DNA of 46,976 bases from Macrostomum lignano (lineage: Eukaryota). Under the pieces are notes generated by a model, which was given only the letters and a program-made list of their open reading frames with translations, was not told where the DNA came from and did no database searches. Where the stretch lies: assembly GCA_002269645.1 (NCBI GenBank), contig NIVC01003544.1:1-46976 (forward strand). Reading direction: 5' to 3'. Position numbers and translations under genes: made by a program. Shown one piece after another: positions 10,401-21,100 of the stretch. The first letter of the stretch is position 1. Every line of letters starts with the position of its first letter.

Positions 10401-13400
10401 CTGCATCTTCCCTCAGTCACTGTATCTTTCCCTTAGTCACTGTATCTTTCCCTCAGTCACTGTATCTTTCCCTCAGTCACTGCATCTTTCCCTTAGTCAC
10501 TGTATCTTTCCCTCAGTCTCTGTATCTTTCCCTCAGTCACTGCACCTTTCCCTCAGTCACTGTATCTTTCCCTCAGTCACTGTATCTTTCCCTCAGTCAC
10601 TGCATCTTTCCCTCAGTCACTCCATTTTCCCTCAGTCACTGCATCTTTCCCTCAGTCACTGTATCTTTCCCTCAATCACTGTATCTTTCCCTCAGTCACT
10701 GCACCTTTCCCTCAGTCACTGTATCTTTCCCTTAGTCACTGTATCTTTCCCTTAGTCTCTGCATCTTTCCCTCAGTCACTGCATCTTTCCCTCAGTCACT
10801 GTATCTTTCCCTCAGTCACTGTATCTTTCCCTCAGTCACTGCATCTTCCCTCAGTTACTGCATCTTTCCCTCAGTCACTGCATCTTTCCCTCAGTCACTG
10901 CATCTTTCCCTCAGTCACTGTATCTTTCCCTCAATCACTGTATCTTTCCCTCAGTCACTGCACCTTTCCCTCAGTCACTGTATCTTTCCCTTAGTCACTG
11001 TATCTTTCCCTTAGTCTCTGCATCTTTCCCTCAGTCACTGCATCTTTCCCTTAGTCACAGTATCTTTCCCTCAGTCTCTGTATCTTTCCCTCAGTCACTG
11101 CACCTTTCCCTCAGTCACTGTATCTTTCCCTCAGTCACTGTATCTTTCCCTCAGTCACTGCATCTTTCCCTCAGTTACTGCATCTTTCCCTCAGTCACTG
11201 CATCTTTCCCTCAGTCACTGCATCTTTCCCTCAGTCACTGTATCTTTCCCTTAGTCACTGTATCTTTCCCTTAGTCTCTGCATCTTTCCCTCAGTCACTG
11301 CATCTTTCCCTTAGTCACTGTATCTTTCCCTCAGTCACTGTATCTTTCCCTCAGTCTCTGTATCTTTCCCTCAGTCACTGCACCTTTCCCTCAGTCACTG
11401 TATCTTTCCCTCAGTCACTGTATCTTTCCCTCAGTCACTGCATCTTTCCCTTAGTCTCTGCATCTTTCCCTCAGTCACTGCATCTTTCCCTCAGTCACTG
11501 CATCTTTCCCTCAGTCACTGTATCTTTCCCTCAATCACTGTATCTTTCCCTCAGTCACTGTATCTTTCCCTCAGTCACTGCATCTTTCCCTCAGTTACTG
11601 CATCTTTCCCTCAGTCACTGCATCTTTCCCTCAGTCACTGCATCTTTCCCTCAGTCACTGTATCTTTCCCTCAATCACTGTATCTTTCCCTCAGTCACTG
11701 CACCTTTCCCTCAGTCACTGTATCTTTCCCTTAGTCACTGTATCTTTCCCTTAGTCTCTGCATCTTTCCCTCAGTCACTGCATCTTTCCCTTAGTCACTG
11801 TATCTTTCCCTCAGTCTCTGTATCTTTCCCTCAGTCACTGCACCTTTCCCTCAGTCACTGTATCTTTCCCTCAATCACTGTATCTTTCCCTCAGTCACTG
11901 CACCTTTCCCTCAGTCACTGTATCTTTCCCTTAGTCACTGTATCTTTCCCTTAGTCTCTGCATCTTTCCCTCAGTCACTGCATCTTTCCCTTAGTCACTG
12001 TATCTTTCCCTCAGTCACTGTATCTTTCCCTCAGTCTCTGTATCTTTCCCTCAGTCACTGCACCTTTCCCTCAGTCACTGTATCTTTCCCTCAGTCACTG
12101 TATCTTTCCCTCAGTCACTGCATCTTTCCCTCAGTTACTGCATCTTTCCCTCAGTCACTGCATCTTTCCCTCAGTCACTGCATCTTTCCCTCAGTCACTG
12201 TATCTTTCCCTCAATCACTGTATCTTTCCCTCAGTCACTGCACCTTTCCCTCAGTCACTGTATCTTTCCCTCAGTCACTGTATCTTTCCCTCAGTCACTG
12301 CATCTTTCCCTCAGTTACTGCATCTTTCCCTCAGTCACTGCATCTTTCCCTCAGTCACTGCATCTTTCCCTCAGTCACTGCATCTTTCCCTCAGTCACTG
12401 CATCTTTCCCTCAGTCACTGCATCTTTCCCTCAGTCACTGCATCTTTCCCTCAGTCACTGCATCTTCCCTCAGTCACTGTATCTTTCCCTCAGTTACTGC
12501 ATCTTTCCCTCAGTCACTGCATCTTTCCCTCAGTCACTGCATCTTCCCTCAGTCACTGCATCTTTCCCTCAGTCACTGCATCTTCCCTCAGTCACTGCAT
12601 CTTTCCCTCAGTCACTGCATCTTTCCCTCAGTCACTGCATCTTTCCCTCAGTCACTGCATCTTTCCCTCAGTCTCTGTATCTTTCCTTCAGTCACTGTAT
12701 CTTTCCCTCAGTCACTGTATCTTTCCCTCAGTCACTGCATCTTTCCCTTAGTCTCTGCATCTTTCCCTTAGTCACTGCATCTTTCCTTCAGTCACTGTAT
12801 CTTTCCCTCAGTCACTGCATCTTTCCCTCAGTCACTGCATCTTCCCTCAGTCACTGCATCTTTCCCTCAGTCACTGCATCTTTCCCTCAGTCACTGCATC
12901 TTTCCCTCAGTCACTGTATCTTTCCCTCAGTTACTGCATCTTTCCCTCAGTCACTGCATCTTTCCCTCAGTCACTGCATCTTCCCTCAGTCACTGCATCT
13001 TTCCCTCAGTCACTGCATCTTCCCTCAGTCACTGCATCTTTCCCTCAGTCACTGCATCTTTCCCTCAGTCACTGCATCTTTCCCTCAGTCACTGCATCTT
13101 TCCCTCAGTCACTGCATCTTTCCTTCAGTCACTGTATCTTTCCCTCAGTCACTGTATCTTTCCCTCAGTCACTGCATCTTTCCCTTAGTCTCTGCATCTT
13201 TCCCTTAGTCACTGCATCTTTCCCTCAGTCACTGTATCTTTCCCTCAGTCACTGCATCTTTCCCCCAGTCACTGCATCTTCCCTCAGTCACTGCATCTTT
13301 CCCTCAGTCACTGCATCTTTCCCTCAGTCACTGTATCTTTCCCTTAGTCTCTGCATCTTTCCCTCAGTCACTGCATCTTTCCCTCAGTCACTGTATCTTT

Positions 13401-13432
13401 CCCTTAGTCTCTCCATCTTTCCCTCAGTCACT
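7481..13432. repeat. 20-bp minisatellite (CTCAGTCACTGCATCTTTCC)n, ~6 kb, interrupted by unique DNA at about 8410-8833
   Basis: Directly visible, with many recurrent variant units. Confidence 0.97.
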
Positions 13433-13850
13433 CTCACAGTCCCTCAGTCACTCTCACAGTCCCTCAGTCACTCTCACAGTCCCTCAGTCACTCTCACAGT
13501 CTCTCAGTCACTCTCACAGTCCCTCAGTCACTCTCACAGTCCCTCAGTCACTCTCACAGTCCCTCAGTCACTCTCACAGTCCCTCAGTCACTCTCACAGT
13601 CCCTCAGTCACTCTCACAGTCCCTCAGTCACTCTCACAGTCCCTCAGTCACTCTCACAGTCCCTCAGTCACTCTCACAGTCCCTCAGTCACTCTCACAGT
13701 CTCTCAGTCACTCTCACAGTCCCTCAGTCACTCTCACAGTCCCTCAGTCACTCTCACAGTCCCTCAGTCACTCTCACAGTCCCTCAGTCACTCTCACAGT
13801 CCCTCAGTCACTCTCACAGTCCCTCAGTCACTCTCACAGTCCCTCAGTCA
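13433..13850. repeat. 20-bp variant minisatellite (CTCAGTCACTCTCACAGTCC)n
   Basis: Abrupt switch of unit; about 20 nearly identical copies. Confidence 0.95.
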
Positions 13851-14409
13851 CCCAGCCATCAGTCAGCACCCTCTGTTTACTTCCGAGACGGGTGCAGCTC
13901 CTGCAGCTCATGCCACTGGCACTGCCTGCATTGCAGTGGGGTGGCGAGACGTCAGTGGCCTGATCCCGGCAGTTGTGCTACCATAACTAGTTTTCCAAGT
14001 TTGCCAGGGCTCCCTAACTGTGCCTGGCACTGCTGTTGGCTTAAAACTACTCTAATCCGCAGCCAATTTGTAGCAGCAGCTGAAATTGAAAGCAGCGAAT
14101 CGCTGGTCACTCGGTCAGCTCCCAGCTCAGAGCACTCTATATTGCAGAGTGCGTTCTCTGCCCTGCTCTCTGCAAAACTATTTTTCATTGCGCCTCGGTA
14201 ACTTCAGTGAAGAATGAGCCACTGCTCTAATTAGATATCTTCGATGACAGCCGTGCTGTGTAATTATAACCACTGTGCTGTGCCATCAACATTGAGAAAA
14301 GTATACTGAATATACAACAGCATTGAGACTCCTATGGTAGATTTTGGCTGCCACTGCTTGGACTGCGATTCATTGTTGTGCAGACTGCGGCCTCTGAGTG
14401 GCTTTGTCT

Positions 14410-14895
14410 CCTGCCCCTCCCCTCCCCTCTCTCCCTCCCCTCTGTCCCTCTCCTCTCTCCCTCTCCTCTCTCCGTCCCCTCTCTCCCTCCCCTCTGTCCC
14501 TCCCCTCTGTCCCTCTCCTCTCTCCCTCTCCTCTCTCCCTCCCCTCTCTCCCTCCCCTCTCTCCCCCTCTCCCTCCCTCTTCCCCTCTCTCCCCCTCTCC
14601 ATCTCTCTTCCCCTCTCTCCCCTCTCCATCTCTCTTCCCCTCTCTCCCCCTCTCCATCTCTCTTCCCCTCTCTCCCCTCTCCCCCTATCTCGTCCACTCT
14701 TCCTCCCCATCTCCCAACCCTCTCCCTCTTAAACCTCTGAAATCGTTCTCCACTCCTTAATCTACTCTCCCTCTTTCCCTCCCTTCTACTCTCCACTTCT
14801 CTTCTGTCTCTCCCGTTTCAGGCTCTCACTCGCCATTCTCCTATCTCCCTCTCATCGTCTATCCCTTTATCTCGCGATTCGCCTTCCCTCTGCCA
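14410..14895. repeat. CT-rich polypyrimidine low-complexity tract
   Basis: Almost exclusively C/T on the plus strand. Confidence 0.9.
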
Positions 14896-15265
14896 TCGTT
14901 GTACTTTGCTTTCACTCATTATCTGAATGCATTCCTGTTCCCATCATCTTCCAAACTCTGTTTTACCCATGTTAAACTGACTTTGAATTTTCATGAAACT
15001 CGCTTCATTCAAATTCTCACAGGGGCAGAAAAATGCAAACAAAATCAAAACTGTTCCATGAATTTTCGTCACGCTGAGTTGGTAGAGCGTAACTGGAGGG
15101 GCATCGCTACCACACCAATGTCCGTGTGCTAAATATAGCCTCTGCAACTGGATGAGCCACTTGGCTGCCAGTCAGTCTGGCTGCGATGGAGAAAACTCAG
15201 AGAACGATCGATTGCGGCAGCCCGTCTGGGTGAGCTGCACTCAATAGCTGGAATAAAGTTCCACC

Positions 15266-15273
15266 AGACAGAC

Positions 15274-15364
<91 letters not shown>
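15266..15364. repeat. (GACA)/(GATA)n microsatellite
   Basis: Directly visible. Confidence 0.97.
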
Positions 15365-15365
<1 letters not shown>

Positions 15366-16470
15366 CCAGGCGCCCTGAACTCGCCCCCACTGACCTGAAT
15401 CAGCAGCTGCTAATCTCATTGTAGCGCCAAAAGCCACTTGAACTGACTGAGTGAGAAGGGACTTATTGCGAGGACTTTCGCACCGAACCCGTCAAAGCCG
15501 GGCCTCACTCAAAGCCACTCCAGCCCTGGCCGCAGTGAATGGCTGAGGGCCCAGCTCCAGCAGCACTGAATGACTCCGCACTCATCAGCGCAGCTCAGCT
15601 ATTCTCGGACCGAGATGAGCTCTAAAAATAGCTCAAGCCTTGCTCAGGGACTGCTCAGCCGGCCTCTCAGAGCTGCCCCTGTTCGGGAAGTCGCTCCGGC
15701 TCAGCGGCTTGAGTTTGCAAATCTCCATCTTAATTTGTCATGCTCCCGCCCTGCTCACACATGTTCCCCCTTCCCCAGCTCGCCCCAAGTCTCGATTCCC
15801 AAAATCCCATTCTCATCCGCCGGACCAAATTTGGAACCTCCCCGCCCCACCCCCTCCCCCCGGTGCGATCCTGGTGGGGATTCTGCAGCCCGCGGTCCGC
15901 AGTTTTATGAAAATTTGTCTGCCCCCGCCGACCAGACCGGCTCAGCTGCCGGGATATTTGAGCTGCGGCGGTGGAGCGAAATCCCCGGAAGAAGACTTTA
16001 TTGACCAGCGGGTGGGGGGAAAAGTGCTCATGCAGCGGAGCAGACGGTCCTGAGCTTGCTCGGTTGGTAAAAGTGCTCAGGATTTCGATTGCCCCACGCA
16101 GTTGGACACTGCATGGAAACAGGCAGCAAATATGAAGGGATGAAAGCTTGATGCAGAGTGAGGTAGGTAGGCAGCGATGCTGCTTAGATAATGGCGAGCA
16201 CAAAGGCGGGCTGCTCACGCCTGGCTTGGGCGCTGCATCGCTGCTGCCCTGCAGTGCATTCGCTCTCGACTTGAAAACAACATTGAAGTGCAAACTGCTC
16301 GCTCGGATAAAAAATATCAAATAGGACGTCTTTTGTCAACGGAGTTATCCGCAGCATGATCTTCTAATGATGCGGTTCTAAATCTTTACACGGTGCATTG
16401 TAGCTACTAACAGTAGTCAGTCAAAGCCAGAGCGACTTTATCGATTGTGACACATGTAGTAGCAGTAGCC

Positions 16471-16629
16471 CAACTGACGGACCACCTGTTTGTGTGCGCG
16501 GCCACGGAGCTCCAGAGGAGGACGTGGGGGCTGATAGGGCTGAACGACCTCAGCGCGCGGCCCAAGGAAGCTCTCGAGTTCTGGGAGTGGCTAAAGAAGC
16601 ATCCACCGTCGGAAGAGTCGGGAAGATGA
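16471..16629 (+). mobile_element. 3' end of a non-LTR retrotransposon ORF2 (5'-truncated), followed by an (AAC)n tail
   Basis: TDHLFVCAATELQRRTWGLIGLNDLSARPKEALEFWEWL aligns with the C-terminus of the neighbouring LINE fragment (H...C....RR..G...L.DL...P......W). The stop is followed almost immediately by the simple-repeat tail. Confidence 0.55.
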
Positions 16630-16638
16630 AGTTAGTAT

Positions 16639-16937
16639 CAACAACAACAACAACAAAAACAACAACAACAACAACAACGACAACAAAAACAACAAAAACA
16701 ACAAAAACAACAAAAACAACAACAACAACAACAAAAAACAACAACAACAACAACAACGACAACAAAAACAACAAAAACAACAAAAACAACAAAAACAACA
16801 AAAACAACAAAAAAAACAACAACAACAACAAAAAACAACGAAAAAAACAACAACAACAAAAACAACAACAAAAACAACAAAAACAACAACAAAAACAACA
16901 AAAACAACAACAAAAACAACAGTAACAGCAACAACAA
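16639..16937. repeat. (AAC)n/(AAAAAC)n microsatellite, probable LINE tail
   Basis: Directly visible. Confidence 0.95.
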
Positions 16938-16940
16938 TGA

Positions 16941-17309
16941 AGCCATGACCGCTCCCGGGACACCTACGGAACCACCGGCCCAAACTGCCGCACGGAGTGC
17001 ATGTGGCCTGCGTATGAGAGAGCTGAGTACACCAAATTCAGAGTAGGACACAACACAGGTCTTAGAGCCTATGCTAACCGGCTGGGCCTGGACGACTCCG
17101 ATACCTGCACACTCTGTATGAGGGCACCGGAGACTAACACCCACGTGGTTCTGGAGTGCGACAAGATAGAAAAGGCTCGCCGCATCCTCGGTATCACGTG
17201 CCTCGCAGACCTGTGCAGCAGCCCCGACGCTGGTCGAAAACTCTGGGCGGAGTTTAAGGAAAGAGTTAGAGAGGTGGATGGAGCGACTTCCCAGTTTGCT
17301 AAAAACTAA
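16941..17309 (+). mobile_element. 3' end of an I/ingi-like non-LTR retrotransposon ORF2 with CCHC zinc knuckle (5'-truncated)
   Basis: KFRVGHNTGLRAYANRLGLDDSDTCTLCMRAPETNTHVVLEC matches the R.GH..L...L.R.G.....C..C....ET..H...C C-terminal motif of LINE ORF2. It is followed by an (AAAACT)/(AAC)n tail. Confidence 0.8.
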
Positions 17310-17412
17310 AACTAAACTAAAACAACAACAACAACAGCAACAACAACAACAGTAACAGCCAACAACAATAATAACAACAACAACAACAGCAGTACTAGTA
17401 TAAGTAGTAGTA
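17310..17412. repeat. (AAAACT)/(AAC)n/(TAG) simple-repeat tail
   Basis: Directly visible immediately after the LINE stop codon. Confidence 0.9.
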
Positions 17413-17512
17413 TTCATGGCTATCGTCTAATAAATGGATGGAGCCGCTACAGCAGCGACACGGATTAGCATTTTTATGGGGTCAGCCTCAGGATTGGTAT
17501 ATCCTCACCAAT

Positions 17513-17632
17513 AGTCAAAACCGCCACCCCAGACCCGTGTGCCTGAGCGAGAGCTGGAAAACCTTGCATCATTGCAGTGTAGTGAGCTGAAGTCAATCGC
17601 ACTGCCTATTCTCTGGGGTGGCGGTTTTGACT
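17513..17632. mobile_element. 120-bp MITE-like module with perfect 21-bp terminal inverted repeats
   Basis: AGTCAAAACCGCCACCCCAGA (17513-17533) and TCTGGGGTGGCGGTTTTGACT (17612-17632). No clear TSD. Confidence 0.6.
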
Positions 17633-18121
17633 GCTGCCAAGTGTGCATTTGGGGTCAGGTACGATCACCCTCAGTGAAGCTCAAGAATATCAAATTTTAA
17701 CTGCAGCCATTGAAGCATGCCAAGTGATCCACAGCGTAACAAATGCAATTTCATTGTGAACAGCGCAGCCATTTTCAATGCCAAAATGAGGAGGGGCAGG
17801 CGCTTGGCGTACGATTCAAGCCAATGAAGGCCAACCCCGAAAGTCTGGCTGTGTACATTCCTGAGAATGAGTCAGTTTATAGGGCCACTGTACACCCTGT
17901 GTGACTGCGGGTCTGCGAGTAGGTGGATGGGCATGACTGGAGAAGCAACATGATTGGTTGGGCAGGCCTCAGACAGAGTACAAGTTGAATCGAGGGTGCT
18001 GTCGTGAGTGCTTCTAAATATTGATCGCCTAAAAGTTGACACCAGCTGCAGACACTGTGGTATAATATAGCGGCAACAAGCCTGCCCGCCTGCTCTGAGC
18101 TTGGCGCCCGAGTCTCACACC

Positions 18122-21100
18122 ATGGCTGAGCAGCTCACCTGGAGAAGCGAGAGAGAGCGGCTGGAGGCCAAAATCACAGCCAGCCTGAAGGCAACGCTGC
18201 ACTGTGTGGACCCAAGGCCGGATGTGTCTAAAAAAACCTACGATAAAATTCTTCGACGTTTGAGGCGCAGCGACACTAACAACTTCATCCAGGGGGAGCG
18301 CTCGCATTTTCAGAATAGAATTGTGAGGGCAATCAACAGGACTCGATATTATCACGAAACTGATAAAGAATTGCCACAGCTTTGTCTTAGCAATTCTCTG
18401 AGCATTGTGGCCAAGTACGTGTTTCACTACATGGAACGCCGCACTGCATATCGAGACCGCTTGAGCTCGATGCCGTGCAGCACTGTTCTGATTCACCAAA
18501 ACCTATCGGACACCAGCTGCACCCACCATTTTACTGCCGAAGTCTACGGCTGCCTGGTCTACTGCACGCCCCGCATCGACAGCATCATCGGCATCTACCG
18601 CCGCGTGTCTGAAGTTCCCGAAGAGGCAGTGAGGTTCTGGTCTAGACGGTGAGTTCTTAAACAAAAGCTTTTCTTTCGTTACCCAATAAAATGTGCATTC
18701 ATGTTTTGTCCAACCAGAGGCACACAACAAGCGGGATTTCATTTGAATGCTAAACAAAAAAGGCGTTTGTGAGATTTTCATTTTTCACATTTTAGCACGA
18801 AAAATGGTAAATATTTCTCCTTCCAAGATTCCAGTACGCATATGAGACTGCTATGTGTCTGATAGGAGATTCAACCTACAAGTTCCTTTAACTTGATGAA
18901 GAAACAGGGAGATTCAGTAGAGAGCAGGCGCGTAGCCTGAAATTTTCTTGAGAGGGGAAATAGGCCGCCCCTAGGGAGAGTCGAAATTTATTTGGGGTGG
19001 ATTGGCCGCCCCTAGGGAGAGTCGAAATTTATTTGGGGTGGATTGGCCGCCCCTAGGGAGAGTCGAAATTTATTTGGGGTGGATTGGCCGCCCCTAGGGA
19101 GAGTCGAAATTTATTTGGGGTGGATTGGCCGCCCCTAGGGAGAGTCGAAATTTATTTGGGGTGGATTGGCCGCCCCTAGGGAGAGAAATTTTATACGAAG
19201 GGGGGTTGGCCATCCGTAAAAAACCTGATTTCTTAAAAACTTTTTTAGGCTGTTCGGGGGATACATCACCACATCTTCTGTTGCCTACGCCCCTTTTAGA
19301 AAAACAGGGTGACTAATAGCGAGATGGGGAGGGCATTAGAGAGACAGGGAGAGCATTAGAGAGACAAGGGTGAGCATTAGAGAGACGGGGAGAGCATTAG
19401 AGAGACAGGGAGAGCATTAGAGAGACTAAGGTGAGCATTAGAGAGACAAGGTGAGCATCAGAGAGACAGGGTGGCTATTAGCGAGACAGGGAGAGCATTA
19501 GAGAGACAGGGAGAGCATTAGACAGACAGGGTGGCTATTAGAGAGACAGGGAGAGCATTAGAGAGACAGGGAGAGCATTAGAGAGACAGGGAGAGCATTA
19601 GAGAGATAGGGAGAGCATTAGAGAGACAGGGAGAGCATTAGACAGACAGGGTGGCTATTAGAGAGACAGGGAGAGCATTAGAGAGACAGGGAGAGCATTA
19701 GAGAGACAGGGAGAGCATTAGAGAGACAGGGAGAGCATTAGAGAGACAGGGAGAGCATTAGAGAGACAGGGAGAGCATTAGAGAGACAGGGAGAGCATTA
19801 GAGAGACTGGGAGAGCATTAGACAGACAGGGTGGCTATTAGCGAGATAGGGAGAGTATTAGAGAGACAGGGAGAGCATTAGAGAGACAGGGAGAGCATTA
19901 GACAGACAGGGTGGCTATTAGAGAGACAGGGTGGCTATTAGAGAGACAGGGAGAGCATTAGAGAGATAGGGAGAGCATTAGACAGACAGGGTGGCTATTA
20001 GAGAGACAGGGAGAGCATTAGAGAGATAGGGAGAGCATTAGACAGACAGGGTGGCTATTAGAGAGACAGGGAGAGCATTAGAGAGACAGGGAGAGCATTA
20101 GAGAGACAAAGGAGAGCATTAGAGACAGGGAGAGCATTAGAAAGACAGGGAGAGCATTAGAGAGACAGGGAGAGCATTAGAGAGATAGGGAGAGTATTAG
20201 AGAGACCGGGAGAGCATTAGAGAGACAGGGAGAGCATTAGAGAGACAGGGTGGCTATTAGAGAGACAGGGAGAGCATTAGAGAGACAGGGAGAGCATTAG
20301 AGACAGGGAGAGCATTAGAAAGACAGGGAGAGCATTAGAGAGACAGGGAGAGCATTAGAGAGACAGGGAGAGCATTAGACAGACAGGGTGGCTATTAGAG
20401 AGACAGGGAGAGCATTAGCGAGATAGGGAGAGCATTAGAGAGACAGGGTGGCTTTTAGCGAGATAGGGAGAGCATTTGAGAGACAGGGAGAGCATTAGAG
20501 AGACAGGGAGAGCATTAGAGAGACAGGGAGAGCATTAGAGAGACAGGGAGAGCATTAGACAGACAGGGTGGCTATTAGCGAGACAGGGAGAGCATTAGAG
20601 AGACAGGGAGAGCATTAGAGAGACAGGGAGAGCATTAGAGAGATAGGGAGAGCATTAGACAGACAGGGTGGCTATTAGCGAGACCGGGAGAGCATTAGAG
20701 AGACAGGGAGAGCATTAGAGAGACAGGGAGAGCATTAGACAGACAGGGTGGCTATTAGCGAGATAGGGAGAGCATTAGAGAGACAGGGAGAGCATTAGAG
20801 AGACAGGGAGAGCATTAGAGAGACAGGGAGAGCATTAGAGAGACAGGGAGAGCGTTAGAGAGACAGGGAGAGCATTAGAGAGACAGGGAGAGCATTAGAG
20901 AGACAGGGAGAGCATTAGAGAGACAGGGAGAGCATTAGAGAGACAGGGAGAGCATTAGACAGACAGGGTGGCTATTAGCGAGATAGGGAGAGCATTAGAG
21001 AGACAGGGAGAGCATTAGACAGACAGGGAGAGCATTAGAGAGACAGGGAGAGCAATAGAGAGACAGGGAGAGCATTAGACAGACAGGGAGAGCATTAGAG

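Noticed and set aside
13860-16320. Assorted short GC-rich ORFs between repeats
   Set aside because: No domain similarity or consistent splice chain could be established by eye; they may be UTR, promoter or small exons.
16494-17417. Poly-T/N/Q/C/V/L ORFs
   Set aside because: AAC microsatellite artefacts; only the LINE fragments are supported.
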